A stretch of 64,000 nt of DNA from Chiloscyllium plagiosum (GCF_004010195.1 NC_057719.1:84396239-84460238); one strand, 5' to 3'. Positions 12,804-27,083 are shown, counted from the stretch's first letter. A program made the numbers and translations. The notes: a model not told the origin generated them from the sequence alone.

Positions 12804-13546
12804 CTAAGACATTCATCAAATAGAAAGTGTTGTTAAAAAAGCTGGCCTGAGATGCGGCATTAATTCATCAGTTTTGAGAAACAAGTGAAATAAAAATGAT
12901 ATAATGTCTTTCAAATTTATCCATTTATTTTCCATGAAAGGCCAACACATCCTGTTTACTGGAACAACACAAATTTCAGTAATTTGTTTTAAAGCCAAGT
13001 TCCAAATGTAAGCCATCTCACACAGAAGGAGATCATCATGTTCTCAGTCATCCACCAGACTCCCCTGGCCCACAGCATGAAAAGGTACTTTTATTCTGTG
13101 AAGGATGCTGAACGAAACACCATTTCAGCTCTGTGCTCCTCTCATTTGGCTTACGGGCATGTCTTGGCTAAAACTGCAGGTTGAACAGATCTCAAGCTAC
13201 AGCACTGCCTTCCAATGATGTACTTTGTATTTATTGGTCTTCTCCTATTTTAGATATCGGCACTGTTACCACATGTATTGACATTGATACAGTTTTATTA
13301 GGTAATGGCATGAGGGATTTGGCATCAAGGTGGGTTAAATGAAAATAACGTGCAGATTAGCCATAATCTAACTGAATGGCAGAATAGAGTTGAGAAGCTA
13401 AATAGCTTTCTTTGTGTTATGTACTCTGCAACATATACCACTCATGCAAACCTGGACGTTGCTAAATGCAGACTTGGTGTTAATTTCTATCTTAGTGGAG
13501 TGGGGGCAAAGCTCTCTCAGTTCTTTTCCACCTTAGCACTACTTAC

Positions 13547-13735
13547 AAAGTCTTGCTGGATGTCATCAAAATCCTTCCCATACTTCTCCAGTGCTTCTTC
13601 AAATAAGTTGGCCTCTGAAGCAGACCACTCTTCCATTTCGTCTCGACAAAGCACTGGCCCACCCTGTGGGACCAACGCAGAGATGGCCTGCGAAACTTCA
13701 TAGGTGCTTTTGTACAAGGTGTCCATGGCATGAAA
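13547..13735 (-). CDS. MTA1: MTA1-like exon (exon 10 equivalent), ELM2-[67 protein letters not shown]
   Basis: 189 bp, gccAG / GTaagt borders; lies within ORF 13517..13759. Confidence 0.95.
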
Positions 13736-15204
13736 CTGGCCATTCAGGGAGGGAGGCAATTAAGAAAAAGACAAGTGAAAATGACGGCGAACAAGGCTTC
13801 ACAAACTGCTCCTCTTCACTATAGGAGAGATGGTTCAGAGTTCCATGAAATACACATTTCCCTGCTTCGACAAAAGATTTTTAAAAATACTTTTAAATGT
13901 CTCCTTCTGTTGAGGATCTAAAATCTGGATTTAGGCTTTTGTCAAGAGCAACAAATCTATGCAAGCTTTTACTAACCACAAAAGTAACATAACAAAATGG
14001 CTTCAGGTTAATACTGTGCTAAAATGGTTGGAAGCTGCATTTCTGCTTTGTTGAGCTCGCTGAATTAAAAGATAAAGCAGACAATGAAGGCTTCATAAAA
14101 TGAATCATAAGACATTAACTAACCACCCTGACTAACCTTGAACCACAAGTATGAGACGATAATGTGCGTAAGACAATACTGTTTCCCAGGAAGTATCTTT
14201 GGATTAACCTGCTGTCCATTAGGTCACCTTATTACGTTTCATTGATTTTGCTTTGTAATTAAGGTTGTACTGTCTTTTAAGAAATATATAAGTTTGTTTA
14301 TTGTTCAAATTCAATTGCGCAGTTTTTTTCCAAGGAACACAGAAGCTGTTAACCTCTGTGTTGCTGGACAAACCTGTGCCCGGCCTCGTAATAAACTGGT
14401 AAACCTTGCTGAAACAGACCGTACTCCTAGTGATTCTGTTGACCGATCGCAGAACCGAGAGGCCCCTTCCAGTGGTCTAGACCTTCACTGTCACCCCTTC
14501 TTTCCCAACAAATGGCGGAGTAAGTATGAAGATTTAAGACATGATTTATTATCTCGACAGTTTACTAACATAATTTGTCAGTGACAGCACTCTCATCTCC
14601 AAGTTGGAAGGTCATTTGTATTAATATTTGCCTTGACATTTGACCATGTAATGTCGGCTGACATTCCAATGCCCTACAGGGGGGAGTGCTGCACTGTCAG
14701 GGCAACTGTCCTTCAGATGATCTTTTCTGACAGTGGGGTGTGAAAAATACTATGGAGGTATTTTGAAGAATTATCCCCAGTATCATGGTCAACATTTTTT
14801 CTACAACCATCATTAAATACATGTATACTAGTCATGTTTTCGATTTCTATTTAGAGGACATTGGTTAAATAAGCTGTGTTTCCTCCCTCACAACAGCAGC
14901 AATAGTCATAAAATATTTTGCTGTATTTATAATTATTTCATTCTATGTAGGCACCAATGACACAAGTATGAGAAAAAAAGTGGTTCTGATTAGATAGTGT
15001 GAGGAACTAGGCAATAACAACAGAATTTCAAGGGCAATTATCCCTGGATTATCACTTCAGTTCTTCTACCAATAGGTAGAAAATATAAAATTGGGGAAAT
15101 TAATACCTGAAAGCTTGAAGACTAGTGTAGGAGAAGTGGTTCCAGTTTGTGGGGCATTGGTATCAATACTAGGGAAGGTGGAGACTGCACTGATGGGATA
15201 GTCT

Positions 15205-16888
15205 GGAAGAACACAGCAAGCCAGGCAGCATCAAGACGTGGAAAAGTCAACGTTTCAGTATAACCCTCCTTCACGACACTGGGTGGGTGTAGGGTGAGCT
15301 GCAGATAAAAGAGGTGGCGGGGGCAGGGCGGTGAATGGGGATAGGTTAAGACAGGCAGAGGGTACCACCTGGTTGGTCAGTGGGAGGAATAAATCCGGTT
15401 GGTGGCAGGGGGTTGGGAAGGGAGTTGGGGGATGGGAAGAGAGGTTATTTGATTGGAGAACTCAATGTTCAGTCTTCTGAGCTGTAGAGTGCCCAGGTGG
15501 GAGATGAGGTGTTGTCCCTCCAATTTGCAGTGTGCTTCATTGCGGCAATGGAGGAGGCCAAGGATAGTCATGTCGGAAAGGGAGTGGGAAAAGGAATTTA
15601 AATGGGCGGTGACTGGGAGGTCTGGTTGGCCCCTGCAGAACCAGTTGCGATGCTCGGCAAACCATTCCCAAAGGTTATGTTCGGTCTCCCCAACGTAGAG
15701 AAGACCACATTGGGAGCACCTGATGCAGTAAACTAGGTTGGAAGAGAGGCAGGTGAATCTCTGTCTCATCTGGAAGGACTGTTTGGGGCCTTGGATGGAG
15801 GTGGGGGTGTGGTCAGTGGGGAATGTGGCACAAACCAAGGACTGTCAAAAGGAATGATCCTTGCGGAAGGCACAGAGAGGTGGGATGGGGACGATACTCT
15901 TGGTGATGGGGTCTAGTTGGAGTTGGCAGAAGTGTTTAAAGATGATGCGTTGCATGTAAAGACTGTTGGGATGATAGGTAAGGGGGACTGGTGGGGTGGT
16001 GAGGGAGACTCTGATTTTATTGCACGGGCGGGGTTTAGAGCATTGTGTGGATGACAGAGGGAGGAAAGCATGTTGTTTGAAATAGGTGGACACCTGGTAT
16101 GCTCGCAAGTGGAATGTCTCCTGTCCAAACAGATGCGGTAGAGGCGCAGGACTTGGGAGAACGGGATGGAGTTCTTGCAGAATGCTGGGTGGGAGGAGTC
16201 CACCAGCACTAAAAACATCTTCCCCTCTCCTCTCTGCCTTCCACAAGAACCGTTCCCTTCAACAGTCCTTAGTTTCCTGAACCCCCAGGTACCTTCCCCT
16301 GCAATCGGAAAAGATGTAAAACCTGCCAGTACACCACTTCCCTTACCCCCATCCAGGGCTCCCAATGTGGTCTTCTCTACATCGGGGAGACCGAGTGTAA
16401 ACTTAGGGAATGGCTTGCTGAGCATCGCCCATTTTAATTCCCCTTCCCACTCCCTTTCCGACATGACCATCCTTGGTCTCCTCCATTGCCGCAGTTAAGC
16501 ACATTGCAAATTGGAGGAACAACACCTCATTTTCCACCTGGGCAACCTACAGCCTGGAGAACTCAACACTTAGTTCTTCAATTCTAAGTCCCATCCCCTG
16601 ACTCCCTCCCAAGCAGTCCCGTTCCACTCCTCCCTGCCTGAGGATTCATTCCTCCCATTGACCAACCAGATTGTACCCTCTGCCTATCTTCACCTATCCT
16701 CAGTTTACCACCCTACCCCCACCACCCTTTTATCTGCAGCTCCCCCTACACCCAACCCCCAGTCCCGAAGAAGGGTTACACCCAAAATGTCGACTTCTCC
16801 ACCACCTGATGCTGCCTGGCTTGCTGTGTTCTTCCAGCTTCCTGTCTGTCAATTTTGGATTCCAGCATCTGCAGTTTTTTTGTCTCTA
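15205..16888. mobile_element. Fold-back Penelope-like (Neptune-type) element with decayed GIY-YIG endonuclease
   Basis: ORF 15377..15838(-) has NLVYCIRCSQCGLLYVGETEH; inverted copy of the 3' region at about 16270-16888; TSD atgggatagtct at 15193-15204 and 16889-16900. Confidence 0.85.
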
Positions 16889-16900
16889 ATGGGATAGTCT

Positions 16901-18960
16901 AGCATCTGAACCATGCTGGGAATAGTGTTCCAGCAAACCACAAAATTAGGGAGGTAAAGAGGCCTTTAAACTAGTTGATGGGGTGAGGAATTATGTTGTT
17001 TGATCTGTTACAAATCATGAAGTAGAGACAAATCAGGAGACCAAAACAGTAACATGGAAAATGAGGTCAGAAAATGAAGAGACAAAGGGAATAAGGCTAA
17101 GGATACATCTACAGTCAAGGCTAGATGCTATAAAGATAACAAAAAAAGGCAAAAGTAAAAGCTCCATATCTGAATGTACATAGCATTCATAACAAAATGA
17201 ACATATAAACATGATCTGATAACAATTTTAAGAGACATTGCTGCATGAGACATGGATGGGGTCCTGAATATTGAGGGATATATAATATTCAAAATAAAGA
17301 GGACGCTTTTAAAGGTGAAGGGGTAACACCATCAATCAGCGGTATCATTGGTGCAATAGCTAAAGATGTCTTTGGTTCAGGGTATTCGGGCTGTAACATT
17401 GGGAGATAAGGAATAGCATGGGGAAAAAAAGTCACTATTGAGAATGGTCTGCAGAGCCCCTAACAGTTAGGCACAATGTAGGATAAAACATACAAGAAGA
17501 AACATTGGTGCTAGTGATAAAGGTAATCATGCGAAATTTAAATCGATATATAAACCCGAAAAATCAGATTGGTAATGCTATCTTGGAAGAGGAGTTCACA
17601 AAATGCTCTAGTATATTAGAGCAGCACATTCTGGAACCAACCAGAGAGCAGGTTACTCTAAACTATACATTATTTAATGTGTAAGGATTAATTCATGACA
17701 TCAGAGATAAGGCAGCTCTAGGTAGCATATCATGCTTGAATTTTACAGTCGTACAACATGGAAACAGACCCTTCGTTCCAACTAGTCCATGCTGACCATG
17801 TTCCCAAACTAAACTAGTCCCACTTGCCAGCATTGGGCTTAGATCCCTCCAAACCTTTCTTATTCATGTACTTTTAATGTCCTAATTATACCTGCATCCA
17901 CCACTTCCTCTGGCCGTTCATTTAGCACACTCTTTGTATAAAAACGTTGCCCCTCATGTCCTTTTTAAATCTTTATCCTCTCCCCTTAAAAAATATGCTG
18001 CCTAATTTTGAACTCCCCCACTCTAGGCAAACGACCTTTGCCATTCACCTTATCTATGCCCTTCACCAGTTTGAAAGGGAGGATTGGGTTAAAGACTAAT
18101 TTATAAATTTAAGCAATTGGGCAGGATAGCTGAGCTAGCTATAATGAACAGGGATACCAGGCTAGGGGATAGATCAATTGCTAAGCAATGGCAGACATTT
18201 AAGGATATACATATATCCCTGCTATAAAGAAAAATTCCAAAGGGAGGATCCATTATTCTTTATTAACTAAAGAGACTAAGGAAAACATCAAACTTAAGGA
18301 AAAAGCATATTATTGTGCAACAATGATAGTCAGGTCAGTTGACTGGACAGATTATAAAGGACAGTAGAGAATGATTAAAAGGTTAAACAGAGAAATAAAT
18401 TGGAGTAACAAGACGGAGCTAGCTAGAAAGGTAAAAATGGATAGCTCTTGTGGTTATAAGTAAGGGTACCTTAATTTCCACATGGAATTTGATAAGAAGC
18501 CACAGAAAAAAATGTTATTACACAAAGTCAGAGTTCTTAATGAGGGAGCAATACATTCACATGGAAAGAAGATTGCCTGGCTGGCAGAGAACAGAGAGTA
18601 TTTATAAATGGGTCATTTTTTGACTGGCAGGAAGTTATGCATGGAGTCCAGTAGGAATCTGTGCTGGGGTTTCAGCATTTTTGCAACTTATACCATAGAC
18701 TTAGAAGAGGGGAATTAAAGCATTGTAGCTAAACTTGCAGATACACAGGAATGTATGTTGTAAAATGGACATGAGCAGATTCCAGACCAATTGAGTGAAC
18801 AGGCAAAATATCTGGCAGGCGGAGTATAACACTAAAAATTGCGTAGTTGTTCAGTTTGGCAGGAAGACGTTATTTTTAAAAAGTATAATTTAAATGAAGG
18901 AGAACTGCAGAAGTCTGAAATGCAAAACGCATTAGATGTTCTAATCCATGAGTAACTAAA
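16901..18960 (+). mobile_element. Old degenerate CR1 LINE (endonuclease to RT region), with a nested reverse CR1 tail at about 17750-18065
   Basis: Decayed ORF2 motifs; appears to continue from about 14940-15204 across the Penelope insertion. Confidence 0.6.
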
Positions 18961-19540
18961 AGAAGTACTTAATTGTTCACTAATAGCTATTCATCCTCCC
19001 AAGCCAATTGTTATCCATTCCTTTGTCTGTCCATCTGTTCTTCTCTTTCTTTGGACTCTATCTCCATATTGAGTTCAACGACTTCAGACCTAGAACACTG
19101 TCCTCCAGTTTGATTATTCCTCTATCACAACCCCCCCAAAGTTTTGTTTTGCATGGGTTTGCTTTCAGGACAGCCATGTTATTTCCTGCAATCTCCACCT
19201 ATTATTTACTTCTCACCGACTCCCCTCACTCTATCTTCTGCGTAAAATCCAACCTTTCTCTAGCTACCATCAGTTCTGAGGAAGGGTCACCAAAACCAAA
19301 ATGTTAACTCTGATTTCTCTCCACAGATGCTCCAGAGCCTGCTGAGCCTCCCCAGCAATTTCTGTTTTTGCATAAGAATCTGAGGCTGTCAGGGATAAGT
19401 GAGAATGAGGTACTGCAAATACAAACAGATCAACCATGATGTTACCGGAAATGCAGCACTCAGGACTCACCTGGAGTGTCAGCCAAGATTTGTGCTCACT
19501 TCTTGGAAGTGAAACTCGAACCATGACTTTCTGATCAGAG

Positions 19541-19857
19541 ATTAGATTAGATCCCCTACAGGGTGGAAACAGGCCCTTTGGCCCAACCAGTCCATACCGA
19601 CCCTCCAAAGAGTAACCCAGCCAGACCCATTTCCCTCTGACTAATGCACCTAACACTATGGGCAATTTAGCATGTCCAATTCACCTGACCTGCACATCTT
19701 TGGACTGTGGGAGGAAACCAGAGCACCCGGAGGAAACCCACGCAGACACGGGGAGAATGTGCAAACTCCACACAGACAGCTGCCTGAGGCTGGAATCAAA
19801 CCCAAGACCTTGGTGCTGTGAGGCAGCAGTGTTAACCACTGAGCCACCGTGCCGCCG
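19541..19857 (-). mobile_element. HE1-type V-SINE nested in an older SINE
   Basis: Same head, V-domain and tail as 1503-1853; tail ends in (tctaa)n. Confidence 0.9.
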
Positions 19858-20109
19858 CAAGTGAGGCAAAAGTGCTCCCAACTGAGATATGACAAACACT
19901 GCTGACACAATTGAACATAGTGAGGTTTGCATCAGAACCATTTAAAAAAATTGAAATACAAGGATATGCATGTCACAGTCTATTCAGTCCATCATGCCCA
20001 TGCCAGTGTAGAAAAAGCCATTGTTATGAGTCCAGAACAGACTACCAAATTTGTTGTTATAATGTTGGACAAAATCACCAAAGTCTGCTACAAATCTCGT
20101 TGGGGACAA

Positions 20110-21180
20110 TAAGAACTAGGAGCAGCAGTTGGCAATTCAGCCCTTTGAGCCTGCTCTACCATTCAATGTGATCATGGCTGATCTCAGCTCAAATTTAACT
20201 CCACTATCCTGCCCACTCTCCATAATCCTTCAACCTGTCATTAATTAAAAATCAGTCTATCTCCTCCTTACATTTACTCAGTTTTCCTGGGGTAGTGAAT
20301 TCTACAGATTCATGACCCCTTGACAGAAATAATTTCTCATTATCTCTATTTTCGATCTACTACCCCTTATCCTAAAACTATGACTTCTCGTTCTATATTG
20401 CCCCATACAAGGAACCATGTACCATTGAGGAATCATTTCTACATCTACCTTGTCAATCCCCTTTAGCATCTTATGTACCACAATCAGATCTCCTCTCATT
20501 CTTCTAAAACTCCACATAGCAGACCTAAACTGCTCAATTTCTCTTCATAAGACAAACATCTCACTTCTGTAATCAATCTAGTGAACCACCTCTGAAATGC
20601 CTCCAATGCAACTATATTCCTCCTGAAGTAAGGGGACCAAAATATGTGCAATACTCCCAAGGGTGGTTTACAAATGCTTTGTAGAGTTGCTGCAACACTC
20701 CCCTACTTTTATAGACTATTCCTGTAGCAATAAATGTCAATTTTTCTTTTGCCTACCTTATTACATGTTCAATGTCTACACTCATTTTCTACAATTTATG
20801 TCCAAGGACTCTCAGATCCCTTTGCCCTGAGGTACTCTGAAGCTTCGCTCCATTTAGATAATATGTTGCCTTTCAATTCTTCTGACCAAAAGTTGATAAC
20901 TTGCACTTTTCCACATTAAACTGCATCTGCCAAATTCATTTAATCTATCTATATCCATTTGTAAATTTCTTCATTGCAACTTACTGTCCTAGCAATTTTA
21001 GTGTTATCTGCAAACCTGACTATAACACCTTCTATCCCCATTTCCATGCCATTAATATAGATTATTAACAGTTGGGGTCTCAGGATCAGACTGTGTCACC
21101 CCACTAATTACAATTTGCCAACCAGAAAAAGACCTCTTTTTTCTAACTCTCTTTCTGTTGGTTGGTCATTCCTCTATCCA
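20110..21180 (-). mobile_element. Degenerate CR1 LINE 3' region
   Basis: ORF 20302..20517(-) RRMRGDLIVVHKMLKGIDKVD..TRSHSFRIRG. Confidence 0.75.
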
Positions 21181-21601
21181 AACTAATAAATAATTCAACC
21201 CAATGTGATCTTACGTTTTGTATTGACCTTTTGTATAGCCAATTTAATTCCACTTTCTAGCTCTTCGTCCTTAGCCTGTAGTCTACATGAACTCAAGTGC
21301 ATACTGAAGTATTTCTTAAAATGTGAGAGGGGTTTTGCACCTCCATCATCCTCTTTAAGTGATGAGTTCTCAATCTTTGCCACCCACCAGTGAAAAAGAT
21401 TACTGTTCAACTCCCCTCTAATCCCCTCCACCAATTATTTTGCAAATGGAAATAGCAAAATCCTGCCCACGCTCTCCAGACGCCCCGTACTTCTATTCAC
21501 CCAAACTTAAATCTCTCTTCAGCCACGTCAACTTCAAAGAAAACATAGCCAGCTTTCCTCACTAAAGTTCTCCATTTCTAGCAATAGTCTTATAAATCTC
21601 T

Positions 21602-21968
21602 TGCAAGGATGCCTGCCTTGATTTTAACCCTACTGCGAATCCTCTTGCAAGGATGCCTGCCTTGAAGAAGTTTTCCTCCTCTCTCTACAAGAATCTCAGG
21701 GAGTCCCTCTCCCACTGCAACTCCCAGGTACCTATCACCTTCATCTCCTTCCCCACTGACCTATTGTACTCTATGCTACTCTCTCCCCACCCCCACCCTC
21801 CTCTAGCTTATCTCTCCATGCTTCAGGTTCTCTGCCTTTATTCCTGATGAAGGGCTTTTGCCCGAAACGTCGATTTTGCCTGTCCTCGGATGCTGCCTGA
21901 ATTGCTGTGCTCTTCCAGCACCACTGATCCAGAATCTGGTTTCCAGCATCTGCAGTCATTGTTTTTAC
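21602..21968 (+). mobile_element. Penelope-like pLTR fragment (family A) with 13-bp TSD
   Basis: cttataaatctct at 21589-21601 and 21969-21981; contains hammerhead motif and the gatgctgcctga..ccagcatctgcagt tail. Confidence 0.8.
21841..21875 (+). ncRNA. Minimal hammerhead ribozyme motif (family A)
   Basis: CUGAUGA-aGGGC uuuu GCCC-GAAA-CG-UC, perfect core and stem II. Confidence 0.78.
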
Positions 21969-22096
21969 CTTATAAATCTCTCAGTCAAGACCACAGGGGA
22001 AAAAAAAAGACCACAAGCAATCTAGAGAGAATGCAGTCAACAACAGGAGCAATAGCGTGATACTATACACAGGAGCAGTTGCATGCTATTTCTTAC

Positions 22097-22196
22097 CTGA
22101 GTGATATCCCTGGAGGCAGCTGCTGCACTCATGTGCAAACTAGGCTGTCTCACTGAACTACTGCAGTCTAAAGCACGGGCAAATGTACCTACAGAC
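22097..22196 (-). CDS. MTA1: MTA1-like exon (exon 9 equivalent), ELM2: [33 protein letters not shown]
   Basis: 100 bp, ttccAG / GTaag borders. Confidence 0.95.
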
Positions 22197-22901
22197 CTGG
22201 AAAGGACCAGAAATATTACACATAGCTTTTTGTTTTGTTTTGTTTGAACAATGCAGTCCCAAGAAAATAATAGCTTTTTTTCAATTTAAATTGACATTGG
22301 TCATACTGACAGGGAGCAGTGCGCAACTCCAGTTCCAAACTTATGTGGTCAATTGTTAACTGCGCTCGCAGTGGCACAGTGAGCCATTCAGATGTTACCA
22401 AACAGCTCGCAGTAGCAGCATCTTCACTACTGTAGTGGTTCATGAGGACAGCCCAACTTCAGATTCTTGATGGCATACAGCGATGGACAACCCTTGTTGG
22501 ACCTTACCCTCCAATTAAATACTCAGGTAAACAGAGACTAATTACAGCACTGGTTGAGGTAACTCATGAACCAAACAAAGATATTCCTGGTCTGTATCCT
22601 GAGGCATGCAGAAGTCTTTCAAATCTAAATCTATCCGTCTCCTTGCCAGAAGTTATAAATGGCACCAAAACCCCAAGGACACTATTTAGCAGACACAGTG
22701 ATTTCACTGCATGGCACACTGTCATCAAGTGAGACTCAATAGTACTGAATGACACGGAGCAATCAGACATCAAATGGTGATAATATGGCTGAGCCTTAAA
22801 TCACTTATCAGGCAATCAGACTCTTCTTTATATTGCACCACCTTTACAAACAGGCTTGGCAGTTCCCTGCACATTGTTTTGGTAATGTTGTCAGGACTTA
22901 C

Positions 22902-23004
22902 CGAGCAACTACTAAGAACTGGTCAATCTGTTTGTCTGTCAATGGGGTGTCACCATCCCAGATTTTGGCTTCCATTTTGGACTGATCTCTTCCATCCTCC
23001 TCTC
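22902..23004 (-). CDS. MTA1: MTA1-like exon (exon 8 equivalent), ELM2: (G)[33 protein letters not shown](R)
   Basis: 103 bp, ttacAG / GTaagt borders. Confidence 0.95.
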
Positions 23005-23159
23005 CTGTAATAAAAGAAATACTACTCATCCAGCCATAAAGTGATGGTAGAAAAGTGACATCAGCTTAAATCAACTGACCTGTAAAGATTTGAGTGTCTC
23101 TAGAACAGTATGTTTACAATAGCAATAGGCAGGGATAGGTATATACATCACAGGGAAAG

Positions 23160-24956
23160 AGGTATAATTGGGGAGAGGCAATTATAATGCAATTAGGCAA
23201 GATTTAGGATGCATAGGATGGGGGGGGAAACTGCAGGGGAATGTGGAGCTTACTCAAGGAACAGCTACTGCGGGTCCTTGATAAGCATATACCTATCAGG
23301 CAGAGAGGTAGTTGTCAAGAGAGGGAGCAAGGTTTACTAAAGTTGAAGTCCTTGTCAAGAGGAAGAACAATGAGGCGTGAAGGCTCAGTTAGGGGACTTG
23401 AGAGTTATAAGTTAGCCAGAAAAGATCTAGAGAGAGGGCTAAGAAGAGCCAGGAGGGGACATGAGAAGTTTTTGGCAGATAGGGTCAAAGAAAACCCTAA
23501 GGCTTTCCATAGGTATATCAGGAATAAAGGAATGACTAGAGCCAATCAAAGATAGTAGTGTAAAGTTGTGTGTGGAATTTGAGGACATAGGGGAAGCATT
23601 TAATGAATACTTTTTGTCAGTATTCACACTGGAAAAGGGCAATGTTAGTGAGAATACAGAGATACAGGCTACAAGATTAGATAGATTGAGGTTAACAAAG
23701 AGGAGGTTTTAGCAATTTTGGAAGATCTGAAAATAGATAAGACCCCTGGGCCGGATGGGATTTATCCTTGGACTCTCTGGGAAGCAAGGGAGGAGATTGC
23801 AGAGCTTTTGGTTTCGATCTTTATGTCATCATTGTTGACAGGAGTAGTGTCAGAAGACTGGAGAATAGCAAATGTTGTTCCCTTGTTTAAGGAGGGGAGT
23901 CAGGACAATCTTGGTAATTATAGGCCAGTGAGCCTTACTTCAGTTGTAGGTGAGGTGTTGCAAAACGTTACAAGAGAAAGGATTTATAATCATCTCAAAA
24001 GGAATAAGTTGATTAGAGATATTCAACATGGTTTTGTGAAGAGTAGGTCGTGCCTCACTAACCTTATTGAGTTCTTCGAGAAGGTGACAAAACAGGTAGA
24101 TGAGTGTAAAGTAGTTGATGTGGTGTGTATGGACTTCAGTACGGTAGTCTTCCACATGGTAGACTATTGCACAAAATACAGAGTTTCAGGATTGAAGGTG
24201 ATTTAGTGGTTTAGATCAGAAATTGGCTCGCTGAAAGAAGACAGAGGGTGGTGGGTGATGGGAAATGTTCATCCCAGAGCTCAGTTACCAGTGGTATGCC
24301 GCAAAGATCTGTTTTGGGGCCACTGCTGTTACATTTTTATAAGTGATCTGGATGTGGGTGTAGAAGGATGGGTTAGCAAATTTGTGGATGACACTAAGGT
24401 AGGCAGAGTTGTGGATAGTGCTGAAGGATGTTGTGGGTTACAGAAGGATATAGGTAAGATGCAGAGCTGGGTTGAGAAGTGGCAAATGGAGTTTAATGCC
24501 GAAAAGTGTGAGGTAGTTCACTCCGGAAGAAGTAACAGGAATAAAAAAAGAGTACTGGGCTAATGGTAAAATTCTTGGCAGTGTAGAGAAAAAGGTTGAG
24601 AGGTGACTTAATCGAGACATGTAAGATAATCAGAGGTTTAGATAGGGTGGACAGTGAGAGCCTTTTTCCTAGGATGATAAAGGCTAACACAAGGGGACAT
24701 AGCTTTAAATTGAGGGGTGATAGATTTAGAATAGATATTAGGGGTAGCTTATTCACTCAGAGTAGTAGCGGCATGGAATGGCCTGCTTGCAACAGTAGTA
24801 GACTCATCGATGTTAGGGGCATTTAAATGGGTACTGGACATACAAATGGATAATAATGGAATGGTGTAGGTTAGATGGGCATCAGATTATTTTCACAGGT
24901 TGGCACTACATCGAGGGCCAAAGGGCCTGCATTGCGCTGTTAATGTTCTATGTTCT
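23160..24956 (+). mobile_element. CR1 LINE, 5'-truncated, frameshifted ORF2 (RT) with internal deletion
   Basis: ORFs with KTPGPDGIYP, WRIANVVPLFK, NYRPVSLTSVV, QHGFVKSRSCLTNLIEFFE, SKFVDDTK; (ttctatg)n tail. Confidence 0.92.
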
Positions 24957-26029
24957 AGTAGTGAAGAGCATTAATATGCATATTCCAAAATAGCTATTTA
25001 ATGAAGGAGAAGGAATACTACATCATAATTAAGGGACCATTTGCTGTCCACCTCCCTTTTGACCTTCATTAGGTCAAACTCATCACTGGGCCTCCATTCC
25101 AGACTGTGATAATCACGGAGGCATGGGAGGTAAGGGATTGCCATACTATGTAATAAGTCATCTCCATTCCACAGAGGGAATACCATAACTATACTCTCTG
25201 TCTAAGTATAGATAATGTATTACATATCACAGTGCCATATAGGAGGGATGATCATGAAACAAAGACACATACTACTGAAGTGAATGACCCAGAATAGGAA
25301 GTTAGTCAAAGACCAAATAGATATATGTAATACTGTTCTTAGGGTGAGACCACTGTTTTTAATAATTCAACGATCTAGACTTGAAGCAACAATATCTGGA
25401 TCTGGAGAAAACCCAAAGGAATTCAATTTTGTTTGGATTTCTCCAATTTTCGAGTCCTTAGTTGGATAGAAACCCCTTTTCCATGCATTCTGTGAAAAGG
25501 ACTAAAAGTGTCTTAAGAGCAACTTAAGTTTGTAGATGAGGCTGATGATACTTACAGTACTTCAATGAAATTTTACAATTAGGTAGAATAAACGAGAGAA
25601 AAGTGAAAATGCTAAACCTTTAAAAGAAATAAAGGATCGAAAAAAATCTGCTGTGATTTTGATTTACAGCATCTGCAGTTCTTTGCAATGTTTTGTTTAG
25701 AAAAATTTAGGAATTTGGCTACTTTAAAATTGGAATCACAGATCAAAAATAATTCTTAAAAGAAATTCTCATCCAAGTAATATTAGCCTTTGGTTTAGAT
25801 GAGATTTTGGTTTGTGCTGAAAATACATTTTAGATATGATGTTACGTTCATAATATCAGGAATCATCTCCAAAATCCTTCAGAGAGAAAAGGATTAAAAT
25901 TACAACAGGAATTTTAACCAAAGCAGAAAAAAAAGAACTTGCAGTTATAGAGCACTTTTCATAATCTCAGAATGTCCTAAAGCACTTCACAGATAATGAA
26001 GCACTTTTGAAGTGAAGTAAAGAAAGGAC

Positions 26030-26790
26030 AATGAGTTATCCATCACTACCCAAATAACATTTGTGTCACACAAGTGCTAGGCAATAACCATCTCCAACAA
26101 GACAGAATTCAATCACTGACATTCAATGTTATTTCAAGACCAAATCTCAAACTGTTAACACCCTGGGGGTTAGCATTGACCAGAAAATGAACTGAACCAA
26201 TTGTATAAATACTATGGCTACAAAAGCAGGTGACAGACTAGAAATTCTGTTCATCTGTAACTCATCTCCTGACTCTCCAAAGCCTGTCCACCATAAGGCA
26301 CAAATCAGTAGTGTGATGAAATACTCTCCTTTTAGCTAGATTAGTGCAACTCTGACAATGTTCAAGAAGATTGATACCATTCCAGACAAAGCCAACCACT
26401 TAATTAGCACTCCAATCTTCAACCGCCACCTTCAATAATCACTTCCACCACCACCAATATGCAGTGGCATGAGTGTGTACCAGCTACAATATGCATTGCA
26501 GCAAGTCACGAAGACTCCTTCAACAGCATCTTCCAAACCTGTATCGTCCAAAACCTGAAGGTCAAGGTCAGCAGATGCATGGGAACTTCACCACCTATTA
26601 CTTCCTCTCCCAGCCACGTATCATCCTGACTTGGAACTCCATCACCAATCCTTCACCATCGATGGGTCAAAATCCCATTGCAATGTGAGAATACCCGCTT
26701 GACATGGACTGCAGCAATTCAGGAAGGTGGCTCACTTTCTCAAGGGTAATTGGGGATGGGCATAGCCAGCATAACCCACACCAATGAACA
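26030..26790 (+). mobile_element. Degenerate LINE 3' region (second CR1/L2-like family)
   Basis: Homologous to segments at about 50100-50740(+), 51960-52170(+) and 58395-59650(-). Confidence 0.6.
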
Positions 26791-27083
26791 AAGAAAATAA
26801 AACTTCCGACTACCATTCATTACATAATGTTATAAGTGCCTCATTCATGCAAGTTCACTAAGGGTTGTTGCAAAGAAAGCTCACAGCTGGATAACTGTGA
26901 CTGTTATGATTTGCTCTTAAGTGGTCAGTGTCTTTGATGATGCTGAACCAAACAGGAATCTAATAGTAACCTGAAATTCATAATGGGGAGTAAGTCTGCG
27001 TGTGTAGTTCTTTTAAAGAATTCAGTATCCTTCACTTGTTGTGAGCTCTCGATGTTCATGTGCCAACCCCACTGGCCATTTAC

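Noticed and set aside
13350..13824. Plus-strand ORFs overlapping the SANT exon
   Set aside because: Antisense shadows of the MTA coding exon.
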